The notes: generated by a model not told the origin, from the letters alone. A stretch of DNA of 64,000 nucleotides from an uncultured Acidimicrobiaceae bacterium (GCA_964351995.1 CAYGQE010000006.1:65045-129044), one strand, 5' to 3'; positions 18,410 to 28,015 are shown, counted from the stretch's first letter. Numbers and translations: made by a program.

Positions 18410-19869
18410 TGGCATCGTTACGTGATCTGGTCAGGCAACACGGCCACCTCGAAAGCGAGCAGGTCCAGCATCTTCGCAACCTCGTTGCGTCGTGGGCACT
18501 TCTGGCCGACCTCAGCTTTGCCGACCTCTCGCTCCTTGTGCCTGCCGCCCAGTCGAGCGAGCATCGCTTCTTCGTGGCCGGCCATGTGCGTCCGGCCACG
18601 TCGCAAACGCTCTACCGAGATGACCAAGTGGGCCGCTTCCTGGGCACGGGCGAACGTCCGATCGTCGCCGAGTGCTGGGAGACGCAGCGACCAGCGGAGG
18701 GCATCAGCGAAGTTGACGGCGTGAGATTCTCGGTGCAGGCCATCCCGGTGTGTCACGACGGCAAGATCATCGCCGTCCTCGCTGCTGATGCTCCGGTTCG
18801 AGCCGATGCTGAACGAAGCGAAGTCGAGCGGGCCTATCGCTCGGTCTTCGAGTCGTTCGCCTTGATGGTGGGCGACGGCAGCTTCCCTTACGAATCGGAT
18901 CAGCGCTCCGAGCCCTCCGTGCGGGTCGGCGACGGTGCCATCGTGATGGATCGTGCCGCCCGGATCCAGTTCACGTCACCGAACGCCGTCAGCGCGCTCC
19001 ACCGGCTTGGTTTCCACTCCAACGCCGTTGGTCGGAGTGCCGATGACATCGGTATCCAGGCCGACGTCATCCGTACGGCCTTCAGTCTGCTCGTGCCCGT
19101 CACTCAAGAGCTCGAGCGGGGATCGGCAACCGCCATCCACGCCAGGGTGCTGCCCTTGATCGAGGGCAACCACGCCTCGGGCGCGCTTGTGCTGTTGCGC
19201 GATGTCTCTGACCTGCGGGAACAGGAGCGCCGGTTGGTCTCGATGGATGCCACCATCCGCGAGATCCATCACCGGGTGAAGAACAACCTGCAGACGGTTT
19301 CGTCGCTGCTCCGTCTCCAGGGGCGACGGCTCGAGTCTGGCGAAGCAAAGTCGGCGATCGACGAGTCGGTGCGCCGCATCCGATCGATTGCGCTGGTCCA
19401 CGAGATCCTGGCGCAGGACGGTGGCGACGACGTCCGCTTCCTCGACGTCGCCGTGCCGATCACCCAGATGGTCGAACAAGCGCTGGTCTCTCCCGATCGT
19501 CCGGTCACCATCCGGTTTGTCGGTGACGGCCCCACCCTGCCCGCTTCGGTGTCTTCCTCTCTGGCCGTCGTCCTGACCGAGCTGCTCCAAAACGCCGTCG
19601 AGCACGGCTATCCGCCAGGAAGCAACGGGGGGCGGGTCACGATCGAGTTGCAGAGCACCGCTCGAGGCATCACCGTGCGTGTGCACGACGATGGCGTTGG
19701 TCTGCCGCCAGGTTTTGACCTGTCAGCCTCTGACGGGCTTGGCCTGACCATTGCGCAAACGCTGGCGTCGGGTGATCTCGGGGGAGAGCTGTCACTGCGA
19801 CCTGCTGCCCACGGCGACGGCACGATCGCTGAGATTCGCGCTGAGTTCGACGACCAAGACACCGTCTGA
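18406..19869 (+). CDS. pdtaS: PdtaS-type sensor histidine kinase (GAF/PAS, HisKA_2, HATPase)
   Basis: LLADLSFAD N-terminus, SPNAVSALHRLGF, and H-box DATIREIHHRVKNNLQTVSSLLRLQ. It lies next to a WhiB1-like gene, as pdtaS does in mycobacteria. Confidence 0.8.
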   Translation: MMASLRDLVRQHGHLESEQVQHLRNLVASWALLADLSFADLSLLVPAAQSSEHRFFVAGHVRPATSQTLYRDDQVGRFLGTGERPIVAECWETQRPAEGISEVDGVRFSVQAIPVCHDGKIIAVLAADAPVRADAERSEVERAYRSVFESFALMVGDGSFPYESDQRSEPSVRVGDGAIVMDRAARIQFTSPNAVSALHRLGFHSNAVGRSADDIGIQADVIRTAFSLLVPVTQELERGSATAIHARVLPLIEGNHASGALVLLRDVSDLREQERRLVSMDATIREIHHRVKNNLQTVSSLLRLQGRRLESGEAKSAIDESVRRIRSIALVHEILAQDGGDDVRFLDVAVPITQMVEQALVSPDRPVTIRFVGDGPTLPASVSSSLAVVLTELLQNAVEHGYPPGSNGGRVTIELQSTARGITVRVHDDGVGLPPGFDLSASDGLGLTIAQTLASGDLGGELSLRPAAHGDGTIAEIRAEFDDQDTV

Positions 19870-19895
19870 TGTCGTCGGTGCGTCGTGGACGCGAA

Positions 19896-19922
19896 CGAGC
19901 CGGCCTCATCGAGGCCGGCTCG
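19896..19922. terminator. Bidirectional hairpin between convergent pdtaS and the whiB1-like gene
   Basis: Perfect 12-bp stem CGAGCCGGCCTC / GAGGCCGGCTCG with a 3-nt loop. Confidence 0.55.
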
Positions 19923-19953
19923 CTTCCGTTCAGTTCGTTCAGATCGTGAGGTG

Positions 19954-20262
19954 TCAGACAGCGGTGCGGCGACGACGGCCAAGGTAGGTGCGACGCAGCT
20001 GGCGGCGCTCCTCTTCGGACGTGCCTCCCCAGATGCCGGTGTCCTGATTCGTTCGCAGGGCGAACTCGAGGCAGGCGAGTTGCGCTGGGCAGCTGTTGCA
20101 GACCTGCTTGGCTTCATCGATCTGCTCGAGTGCGCTACCTGTGGTGCCGACCGGGAAGAAGAGATCGGGATCGGTGTCGCAACACGACGCCGTGGAGCGC
20201 CAGCTGAGGTCACTCGTGGTGTTCGGAGTGTTCGCAACCTTCTGAGCGATGCGCTCGGCCAT
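19954..20262 (-). CDS. whiB1: WhiB1-like Fe-S transcription factor
   Basis: CCDTDPDLFFP...AKQVCNSCPAQLACLEFAL...GIWGGTSEEERRQLRR. The start is uncertain: the ORF extends to 20370, but homology favours the ATG at 20262. Confidence 0.85.
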   Translation of the reverse strand: MAERIAQKVANTPNTTSDLSWRSTASCCDTDPDLFFPVGTTGSALEQIDEAKQVCNSCPAQLACLEFALRTNQDTGIWGGTSEEERRQLRRTYLGRRRRTAV

Positions 20263-20453
20263 TGCGGGAATGGCACCCGTCATCGTCATCTGGTTGGCGA
20301 TGATCCGGTGTTTTTCCGCAATCAGTCGATCGTGTCCAACGTCGTCGGTGGGGGTATCGAATGTGGTCACGCGGCCTCCAGATCATGTCGATGGCGGCGG
20401 TGCCGTCGACGGGAAGACAGTACCGAGTACTTCGACTCTCGTAAAGAGTATGG

Positions 20454-20467
20454 GAAAAGATCTTTTC
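20454..20467. promoter_or_regulatory. Perfect 14-bp palindrome GAAAAGATCTTTTC in the whiB1/GDPD divergent region
   Basis: Read directly from an AT-rich patch in a GC-rich genome. CTGACTgacgaAGTCAG lies 24 nt further on. Confidence 0.35.
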
Positions 20468-20551
20468 GATTCCCTTACCCCTGACTGACGAAGTCAGTGC
20501 GACCGAGTCCGAGGTCAGCGCAAGCGAGTCAAGGTCTGACAGACTCTTCCG

Positions 20552-21271
20552 ATGTCAGAGGATCCGATCGAGTTTGAAGCGCGAGCAACCAAGGTGATCG
20601 CTCATCGCGGTGCATCCGCTGACCACCCGGAAAATACCATCGAAGCGTTCGTGGGTGCCCGTGAGCAGGGGGCCGATGGCATCGAGCTCGATGTGCGTCT
20701 GTCTGCCGACGACGTTCTGGTGCTCTGCCATGACGCGCACCTGCCTGACGGGCGAATGGTGCGGGAAGTGCAGTCGGCCGATCTGCCTTCCTCGGTCCCG
20801 AGCCTGGCCGAAGCGCTCGAAGCGACCGATCCTCTGTTCACCAACATCGAATTGAAGAACCTTCGCAGCGACCCCGACTTTGACGCAGCCGAGGGTCTTT
20901 CCATCGCCGTCGCGGGTCTCATCACTGCGTTCGACGCCCACGATCGCGTGCTGGTGTCTTCTTTCGACATCGATGCCGTTCTCCGCATCCGAGCGACCGA
21001 CTCCACCGTGGCCATCGGCTGGCTTGTATGGGGCCAAGCCGACCCCGTTCAGCTCATCGGCCGGGTGGAGGCCCACGCCATGCAGGCGATCCACCCGCAC
21101 GATCTGCTGGTCGATGCTGCGTTTGTTCGCCGTGCGCACGACATTGGTGTCGAGGTCAATGTCTGGACCGTCGACGACCTGGACAGGGGCCGGGCCCTGG
21201 TCGAGATGGGTGTTGATTCGATCATCACCAACACCCCAGCCCTCATGATCAACGCCATCCGCAAGGGTTGA
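20552..21271 (+). CDS. Glycerophosphodiester phosphodiesterase
   Basis: IAHRGASADHPENTIEAF and ELDVRLSADDVLVLCHD motifs. Confidence 0.85.
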   Translation: MSEDPIEFEARATKVIAHRGASADHPENTIEAFVGAREQGADGIELDVRLSADDVLVLCHDAHLPDGRMVREVQSADLPSSVPSLAEALEATDPLFTNIELKNLRSDPDFDAAEGLSIAVAGLITAFDAHDRVLVSSFDIDAVLRIRATDSTVAIGWLVWGQADPVQLIGRVEAHAMQAIHPHDLLVDAAFVRRAHDIGVEVNVWTVDDLDRGRALVEMGVDSIITNTPALMINAIRKG

Positions 21272-21302
21272 TCAACGAGCCGCTGATCGCACTCGTTGAT
21301 CA
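21269..21302. terminator. Bidirectional terminator hairpin containing both convergent stop codons
   Basis: Perfect 11-bp arms TGATCAACGAG / CTCGTTGATCA with a 12-nt loop. The TGA of the + gene and the TCA (TGA) of the - gene lie inside the arms. Confidence 0.6.
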
Positions 21303-22220
21303 GCTCGGGACGACCACTCGAATCGCCTCCGGCCGGTGGTCGATGCGCAATCGCCGGACAGGTGCCTGTGGTTCGCCGTCGAGTTGATACCGAAAGGGTC
21401 GCTCCGACTGGAACACGACGCCGTGCACCAAAGGCCAGTGCCGGGTGGCCCCTCGATTGGGAATTCCGGCCGGGTCGTTCGCTATCGCCGATCGTGCCGC
21501 TGGCAGGAGTCGCCCGCCTGACAACGACGTCAGTGCAACGATTGACAGCGGCGACTCGAGCGTGGCTTCTGGGGCCAGGTCGAGCGGTCGATTCCCGAGG
21601 AACGTGTACGGGTTCACGTTCAGCGCCACTGCCATCTGTGCCCCTCGAACGATCCGCCCATCGTCGGTGCGGATGTCAAAGCGCAACGCCTTTCGCTCTG
21701 ACGATGCCCATGTCTTGAGTCCCGCTGCGATGAACCATGGATGCCCGGCGTATTTCTTCAGTGCCGAGCGTTCTTCCACACGATGCACCACCGCGGCATC
21801 GAACCCGGCGCCGACGTGAAACAAGAATGCCCGGTCGCCCGCCATGCCGACGCTGGCCAGCTTCGTGCTGTTGGCGGCAAGTGCGTCGAGGACGACTCGA
21901 GTGGCCTCGACCGCAGAATTCGGAAATCCGAGGGCTCGGGCGAACACGTTCGTTGACCCGCCGGGCAGGGGAGCAAGCGCACAGTTGTGGGTGCCCAACA
22001 GTCCGTTCGCTGCCTCGTTGGCGGTGCCGTCTCCACCCAGTGTGAGCACGACGTCGGCGCCTTCCCTGCTTGCTCGGTGGGCCAATCGCGTCGCATGACG
22101 CTGCCGACTGGTCTCTTGGACGTCCAGGTCGTGGCCGGTGCCGAGCAACTTTTCGATCAGCACTCGAGAGCGACGAGACACCGAAGAAGCGGTCGGATTG
22201 ATGATCAGGGCCAGCTTCAC
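21300..22220 (-). CDS. Diacylglycerol/lipid kinase family protein (YegS-like)
   Basis: GGDGT motif (TLGGDGTANEA) and a DAGK catalytic-domain profile. Confidence 0.85.
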   Translation of the reverse strand: MKLALIINPTASSVSRRSRVLIEKLLGTGHDLDVQETSRQRHATRLAHRASREGADVVLTLGGDGTANEAANGLLGTHNCALAPLPGGSTNVFARALGFPNSAVEATRVVLDALAANSTKLASVGMAGDRAFLFHVGAGFDAAVVHRVEERSALKKYAGHPWFIAAGLKTWASSERKALRFDIRTDDGRIVRGAQMAVALNVNPYTFLGNRPLDLAPEATLESPLSIVALTSLSGGRLLPAARSAIANDPAGIPNRGATRHWPLVHGVVFQSERPFRYQLDGEPQAPVRRLRIDHRPEAIRVVVPS

Positions 22221-22301
22221 AGTGAGCAGTCTGCCTCAGTCGTCCGACGTGATTGCTCATGATTGACTGGTCGGTCAAGTTTTGACCTACCATTCGCCGC
22301 C

Positions 22302-23081
22302 ATGAAGGTCGTCGTCTGTGTCAAACAAATCCCTGATCCTGCCGATCCCGGCGCACTGGATCCCGAAACCCGCACGCTCAAGCGTGACGTCAAGCTGATC
22401 CTTGACGACTCCGACACGTTCGGCGTCGAAATGGCTCTCCAGCTCGTCGATGCTGCCGGAGAGGGCGAAGTCCATCTCGTCTCGATGGCGCCGAACAACG
22501 AACGCTCCGGTCTTGCCACTGCGCTCGCTATGGGTGCTGCATCGGCCACGCTGATCAGCGACCCCGAGCTCGTTGGTTCAGATGCGCTCACCACAGCCAA
22601 ACTGCTGGGTGCCGCAATCGCCGAGCACTCACCCGATCTCGTCATCGCCGGCTCCGAAAGCTCCGATGGGTACACGGGCACCGTGCCAGAGCAGATCGCA
22701 GCGGTTCTGGATCTCCCGTCGGTCACCGCCGCCAAAGAGGTGGAAGTCGATGGCTCCTCGTTGAAGGTCAAGCGCCAGACCGACGCTGGCTATGACAGCG
22801 TCGAATGCCCGATGCCTGCCGTCATCAGCGTCACCGCCGGTGTTGTCGAGCCTCGCTACCCCTCGTTCAAGGGGATCATGGCGGCCAAGAACAAGCCGGT
22901 CGACGAAAAGACCGCCGCTGATCTCGGGTTCGCATCCGACGCCGTTGGCTGGGCTGGCTCCGGCCAGGAAATCGTCGATGTTGCTGAAGCACCCGCGCGT
23001 GAAGCCGGCGAAGTCATTGAAGACGACGGTGAGGCGTACCTCAAGATCGTCGAGTTCCTCGAAAATCTCAAAGTCATCTAG
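22302..23081 (+). CDS. etfB: Electron transfer flavoprotein subunit beta
   Basis: MKVVVCVKQIPD N-terminus. It is directly followed by etfA. Confidence 0.9.
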   Translation: MKVVVCVKQIPDPADPGALDPETRTLKRDVKLILDDSDTFGVEMALQLVDAAGEGEVHLVSMAPNNERSGLATALAMGAASATLISDPELVGSDALTTAKLLGAAIAEHSPDLVIAGSESSDGYTGTVPEQIAAVLDLPSVTAAKEVEVDGSSLKVKRQTDAGYDSVECPMPAVISVTAGVVEPRYPSFKGIMAAKNKPVDEKTAADLGFASDAVGWAGSGQEIVDVAEAPAREAGEVIEDDGEAYLKIVEFLENLKVI

Positions 23082-23093
23082 GAGTCTGATCAC

Positions 23094-24062
23094 ATGTCAC
23101 TCGACACCATTTGGGTCTACGCAGAGGCAGTCGACGGAGAGGTCACCACGACCACCCTCGAACTGCTCACCAAAGCACGCGATCTGGCCGACACGGTCGA
23201 ATGCGTCTACGCCGGCGATGACGCCGACGACATCGCCGAGAAGCTCGGTGAGTACGGAGCGGAGACCATCCACGCCGTCACCGATCTCGACGGAGCGCTC
23301 CTCGGCGTCCCCGTCGCTGCAGCCATCGCTGCTGCGGTCGACGCTGGAGACGGCCCCGACGCCATCATCCTCGGCACCTCCTACGACGGTCGCGACATCG
23401 CTGCTCGCCTCTCGGTGAAGCTCGATCGCACCGTCATCACCAACGTGGTCGACATCGAAGTCGACGGTGACACCCTGGTCGGCACCGAGCCGATCTTCGG
23501 TGGTGCGACCGACATCAAGACCAAGTTCACCGGTGAAGGTCCGTTCATCGCTCTCGTGCGTCCGAAGTCGTTCACCGCTGAGGCCAGTGGCGGCGGCGAA
23601 GCCGGCGTAGAGGATCTGGACGTCCCCGAGCTCGGAGCCAGCGGGGGTGCCAAGGTCGTCGACCAGTTCATCGAAGAGTCCGATGGTCCCAAGCTCGACG
23701 AAGCAGCCCTCGTGGTTGCCGGCGGTCGTGGCCTGGGCGAGTCCGAGAAGTTCGAGATGATCACGAGCCTGGCCAAGCAGCTCCACGGCGCAGCTGGCGC
23801 CTCTCGTGCCATCGTCGATGCCGGTTGGGTGCCCTACTCCCAGCAGGTCGGTCAGACTGGCAAGGTCGTCAAGCCCGGTGTCTACATCGCTGCTGGCATC
23901 TCCGGCGCTACCCAGCACCTCGTTGGCATGAAGGGTTCCAAGAACATCATTGCCATCAACAAGGACCCCGAAGCTCCGATCTTCGCCGTTGCCGACCTCG
24001 GCATCGTCGGCGACGTGCACAAGGTCCTCCCGGCGCTCATCGAAGCCCTCGAAGGCCGCTAG
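23094..24062 (+). CDS. etfA: Electron transfer flavoprotein subunit alpha
   Basis: FAD-binding C-terminal motifs [16 protein letters not shown] and [13 protein letters not shown]. Confidence 0.9.
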   Translation: MSLDTIWVYAEAVDGEVTTTTLELLTKARDLADTVECVYAGDDADDIAEKLGEYGAETIHAVTDLDGALLGVPVAAAIAAAVDAGDGPDAIILGTSYDGRDIAARLSVKLDRTVITNVVDIEVDGDTLVGTEPIFGGATDIKTKFTGEGPFIALVRPKSFTAEASGGGEAGVEDLDVPELGASGGAKVVDQFIEESDGPKLDEAALVVAGGRGLGESEKFEMITSLAKQLHGAAGASRAIVDAGWVPYSQQVGQTGKVVKPGVYIAAGISGATQHLVGMKGSKNIIAINKDPEAPIFAVADLGIVGDVHKVLPALIEALEGR

Positions 24063-24078
24063 TCACTCGCTTTCCCAA

Positions 24079-24122
24079 CTGCCACCGTGATCCGTTGCTC
24101 AAGCAACGGATCACGGTGGCAG
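24079..24122 (+). terminator. Intrinsic terminator after etfA
   Basis: Perfect 20-bp stem CTGCCACCGTGATCCGTTGC / GCAACGGATCACGGTGGCAG with a 4-nt loop. A T-run (GTTTTGGGG) follows a few nt downstream. Confidence 0.75.
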
Positions 24123-24167
24123 TTGCAGTTTTGGGGTGGGGCTTGGGGGAGCAAGTAGTGTCGAGCA

Positions 24168-25532
24168 ATGTCTGCTGATGCGTCCACCATCGACCGTTTG
24201 ACCGGGGAGACCGTCGATCTCCTCCAGGCCATGATCCGCAATCAGTGCGTGAACGACGGTCGTCCAGAGTCTGGCGACGAGGACAAGACGGCCCGGCTGC
24301 TGCGGGACGAACTCGAAGGCACCGGGGTCGACATGGAGCTGTTCGAGCCCACGCCCGGTCGTACCTCGCTGATCGCCCGGCACAAAGGAACTGATCCCAA
24401 CGCTCCCGCCCTCTGCCTGATGGGCCACACCGATGTCGTGCCCGTCTCGCCCGCTGGTTGGGACCGTGATCCCTTCGGCGGCGAGGTCGTTGGCACCGGC
24501 GACAGTGCTGAGATCTGGGGTCGGGGTGCTGTCGACATGCTCAACCTCACCAGCTCGATGGCCGTGGCGTTCAAGCACATCGTGAGCTCAGGTCAGCGGT
24601 ATCCCGGCGATATCATCTACTTCGCAGTCGCCGATGAGGAAGCGGGTGGCTATCACGGCGCCCACCCCCTGATTCGTGACCAGTGGGACCACCTCAAATG
24701 CGACTTTGTCCTCACCGAGTTCGGCGGCTTCGCCTATGAGAAGCCTGAAGGCTCCACGCTGCTGGTCACCACCGCCGAAAAAGGGGTCGGCTGGCGTCGA
24801 CTGATCGTGAAGGGAACCCCGGGCCATGGTTCAGCCCCACTCGGTGCCGACAACGCGCTGATCAAAGCCGCCGAAGTGATCCGCCGTATCGCCGAATACG
24901 ACCCCAAGGCCAAGCTCGACGATCTCTGGCGGGCAAAGATCGACGCCATCGGCCTGACCGGCGATCTTCGAGACCGGTTGCTCGACCCGCTCGCCGTCCG
25001 GGAGGCAATCAACGAACTGCCCAAGGGCCTCGCCGCCAATCTGCACTCCTGCTCGCACATGTCTTTCAGCCCAAACGTCATCCATGGTGGAGTCAAGACC
25101 AACGTGATCCCCGACGAAGTGATCATCGATCTCGACGTTCGCACGCTTCCAGGAGAAACCAGTGCCGATGTCGAAGCCAACCTCACCGAAGCTCTCGGCG
25201 ACCTTCGCAGTGAAGTCACCTTCGAGGTCATCGGCGAAAGCCCGAGTTCAGCATCGCCTGCCGAGGGGCCGTTGTGGGACGCGCTGACGGATGCGATGCA
25301 CGTGGCCTATCCAGAGGCTGCCATCATCCCCAGCATGGTCACCGGGGGCACCGACAGCCGCTTCTTCCGTGAAAAGGGCGTCACCTGCTACGGCGCTGGC
25401 CTTTTGAGCTCATCGATCAATGCCAATGAGTTCTTCAAGCGCTTCCACGGTCACAACGAACGGATCGACGTGGCGTCGCTCCGGCTCACGACCCGCCTGT
25501 GGCTCGATGTGGTGGATCGCCTCTGGGTGTGA
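24168..25532 (+). CDS. M20/M25/M40 family metallopeptidase
   Basis: GHTDVVP, ADEEAGG and a dimerisation-domain profile. Confidence 0.85.
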   Translation: MSADASTIDRLTGETVDLLQAMIRNQCVNDGRPESGDEDKTARLLRDELEGTGVDMELFEPTPGRTSLIARHKGTDPNAPALCLMGHTDVVPVSPAGWDRDPFGGEVVGTGDSAEIWGRGAVDMLNLTSSMAVAFKHIVSSGQRYPGDIIYFAVADEEAGGYHGAHPLIRDQWDHLKCDFVLTEFGGFAYEKPEGSTLLVTTAEKGVGWRRLIVKGTPGHGSAPLGADNALIKAAEVIRRIAEYDPKAKLDDLWRAKIDAIGLTGDLRDRLLDPLAVREAINELPKGLAANLHSCSHMSFSPNVIHGGVKTNVIPDEVIIDLDVRTLPGETSADVEANLTEALGDLRSEVTFEVIGESPSSASPAEGPLWDALTDAMHVAYPEAAIIPSMVTGGTDSRFFREKGVTCYGAGLLSSSINANEFFKRFHGHNERIDVASLRLTTRLWLDVVDRLWV

Positions 25533-26721
25533 AGGGTGTGCGGTCGATCGTCAGGTCCAGGATGTCCTCGACCACGACGGTCAGCGCTCGAGCCGTCAAT
25601 CCAGCCACGGGCCAGTCGAGATGAAGGCGCAGCGACGCTTCGGTGCCGCGAATCTCGATCGAGCCAGACGGATGCACGCTCATCAGGGGAAACGGCCCCA
25701 CTCGTTCGGGAATTCGTAGTGCTGCATCAGCGAGGACGATGTCCTCGCCGTCATTACCCGTCGTTGACCTCTGCAAGATCAGCGGTGCTCCACCGAAGCT
25801 GATGTGTGTGCCGACCGGAGCCACCGTCGGCGAGGCGTCGGTGGTCGTCCACCTCCCGGCAGGCCGAATGACCTGCTGTTCCAGACGAACGTCGAGCGTT
25901 GGCCAACCGGAGCGAAAATCGGCCACTCGGTCGAGGTGTTGCATGCCGCGCACGACGATCTCGCTTGCTGGCCCCGGGGCCTCGTGCAACGTCGAAGCAG
26001 GGAACCGTTCGTTGATGAACTTCGTGAACGTCGGGTGACCAGCGCCAGACCCGGAGACGACGATTTCGGCGACCGATGCAGACAGTACCGACCACGGCAC
26101 GGGTGTCACGTCACTGGCTGACCCATACGAAGCCTCGAGGAGGCGTCGAAGTACCAAGGTCGCTTCGAACGGATCGGGAATTGATGTCGTGGTGATCTGT
26201 GCCTCGGCAAGGACCAGGCATCGGGCAATGTCGACGACGAGAGCCGAGACCCGTCCACCATCGTTGTCGAGCACGAGGGTCTTGCCCCGAGGCAGCCCGA
26301 TGCGGCGGTGCCCGTCGACGGCCAGCCAGTAACCGAGCACGGCGTAGGGGCGGCCCACCAGATCGTGGTCGTCAGTGACGAACCCTGCGTTGACAAAGGC
26401 GGTTCTCAGATGGGCCCGATGCCCTGGTGATGCAGTCAGCGGCACCGCAATGCGGAGCCGACGCTCCTGATCGTGCGGGGTGGGGATCAAGCCGGACAAG
26501 CACTCGGCGATCGCTCCGGCCGTCTCTGCTGCTCCGCGCACGTTGCCGGTCGAAACCAAGCGATCGAGGCGATCGTGCAGCCGCTCGGCGGGGCGGCCGT
26601 CTTCGCACCAGCGGATGATCAATCCGTCGCCATCAGCACCAAGGGGCACCAAGGAGCCGGACGGGTCGGCGAGCGCGGCGAAGGCCTGATGATGGCCGAG
26701 ATCGATTGCCGTGCTGCTCAC
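25486..26721 (-). CDS. Degenerate Hsp70/actin-fold ATPase-like protein with C-terminal beta-rich domain
   Basis: Order and spacing of AIDLGHH (phosphate-1-like), IAVPLTASPGHRAHLRTAFVNAGF, LVLDNDGGRVSALVVD (phosphate-2-like) and VVSGSGAGHPTFTKFI (adenosine-like) mimic an Hsp70 nucleotide-binding domain. Key residues are substituted. GTG start. Confidence 0.45.
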   Translation of the reverse strand: MSSTAIDLGHHQAFAALADPSGSLVPLGADGDGLIIRWCEDGRPAERLHDRLDRLVSTGNVRGAAETAGAIAECLSGLIPTPHDQERRLRIAVPLTASPGHRAHLRTAFVNAGFVTDDHDLVGRPYAVLGYWLAVDGHRRIGLPRGKTLVLDNDGGRVSALVVDIARCLVLAEAQITTTSIPDPFEATLVLRRLLEASYGSASDVTPVPWSVLSASVAEIVVSGSGAGHPTFTKFINERFPASTLHEAPGPASEIVVRGMQHLDRVADFRSGWPTLDVRLEQQVIRPAGRWTTTDASPTVAPVGTHISFGGAPLILQRSTTGNDGEDIVLADAALRIPERVGPFPLMSVHPSGSIEIRGTEASLRLHLDWPVAGLTARALTVVVEDILDLTIDRTPFTPRGDPPHRATGGS

Positions 26722-26796
26722 GACGATCGACGCTAGCGAACCTGGTCGCGCTTCTGGTGAATGGAGGGTGTCGAGTTCGGTCCCTCGCGGGGAGCG

Positions 26797-27045
26797 TCAG
26801 CCGCAACCAGAGCACGGCGTCGGCCCGAAATGGGTGACATGTGCCGTCCAGCCGTCGCCGTCGAAGTACCGCATGCGATGTTGCGCCTCGGGGTCGTCGA
26901 ACCAACCAGCGACGGTCGGCGCCATGCGGCGCTCGACTGTCTCGGTTGCCGCCACCCGTGTCGCTGCCGGTCGTCGTTCTTCGATGATGGTCATCGTGTG
27001 GTCCCCATGTCTTTGCCGCCTGAGTAGGAAAGGATGTTCGACCAC
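26797..27045 (-). CDS. DUF2510 domain small protein
   Basis: GWFDDPEAQHRMRYFDGDGWTAHV matches the DUF2510 motif. The protein ends in CSGCG. The start may be the ATG at 26994. Confidence 0.7.
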   Translation of the reverse strand: MVEHPFLLRRQRHGDHTMTIIEERRPAATRVAATETVERRMAPTVAGWFDDPEAQHRMRYFDGDGWTAHVTHFGPTPCSGCG

Positions 27046-27158
27046 ATGGGGTAGGCGCTTGAGTCATTGTGCCGATTGTCTCGGGGTCAATGGTTCGAGG
27101 GGATCAGGGCATCACGCCCGTTGTGGGTCATGCGGCCAGTACGTCAGGCACACGTACG

Positions 27159-27995
27159 TCAGGCAACCAGGGCAGCCGCAGGAGCATGTGCGTGCAGCGT
27201 GCCCGCCGCCTGTCGCCTCGCCAGTTCGGCGTGGCCCTCGGGACACTCGGCTGCGAACGGGCACCATCCGCACAGCACACCGGGTTTTGCTTCGAAGGTG
27301 TCAGCGGCACACGCTGCGTTGATGGAGGACCAGGTTTCGCCGATCTGACCCGTTGCTTCTTCGAGACGGCGATCGGTGACGGTGACGTCAAGGATCTGCT
27401 GGCCGAGGTAGAGCAGACGAGCTCGCTCGGGTTGCTCATCGCCCATGACGTCGAGAGCGGCGGCGTACAGCATGACCTGCTGGATCTTGTCGTCCCGGAA
27501 ACGGACACCTGGCAACGTGCCCGACTTGTAGTCGCTGACCACCAGCTTGCCGTCGATCCGATCGACACGATCGATGATGCCGAGGAAGGGAACCTCACCG
27601 AGATTGGCGGTGACCTTCTGCTCGGTGGACACGACGTCGACCGCTGCGGGGTCTTCGAGATCCCAGAGCCCGGCGATGGCGAGCCAAGCCTTCCACCGAA
27701 AAGCCCGGGCTCCCGCTTCGTCCAAGTCGAGCTCTTGGTAGTCACCGGTGGTTTCGAGATCGGGCCACAACTGGCGAGCGAGCGCCTTGGCTTGTTCGAG
27801 CGTGCGGTGTTCGGCGCCGAGGCCACACAGGTGCTCGAGGACCTCGTGGGCGAACGTTCCAACCACGGCTGCTTCACCCGAAGGTTCACGTCGGCGATCG
27901 ACGTACTTGAATTTCCAGCGCCGCGGGCACCCGTCGAACGCCGATGCCGAACTGGGTGAGAGGTGTGTGGGGAGATCCGCCATGGCGAACATCAT
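27159..27995 (-). CDS. PD-(D/E)XK (RecB/Cas4-like) nuclease family protein
   Basis: N-terminal SPSSASAFDGCPRRWKFKY, core IIDRVD...VVSDYKSG, and a C-terminal Cys cluster CGWCPFAAEC typical of Cas4/AddB-type Fe-S nuclease domains. Confidence 0.75.
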   Translation of the reverse strand: MMFAMADLPTHLSPSSASAFDGCPRRWKFKYVDRRREPSGEAAVVGTFAHEVLEHLCGLGAEHRTLEQAKALARQLWPDLETTGDYQELDLDEAGARAFRWKAWLAIAGLWDLEDPAAVDVVSTEQKVTANLGEVPFLGIIDRVDRIDGKLVVSDYKSGTLPGVRFRDDKIQQVMLYAAALDVMGDEQPERARLLYLGQQILDVTVTDRRLEEATGQIGETWSSINAACAADTFEAKPGVLCGWCPFAAECPEGHAELARRQAAGTLHAHAPAAALVA

Positions 27996-28015
27996 GACAT
28001 GCGGGGTGTGACAAT

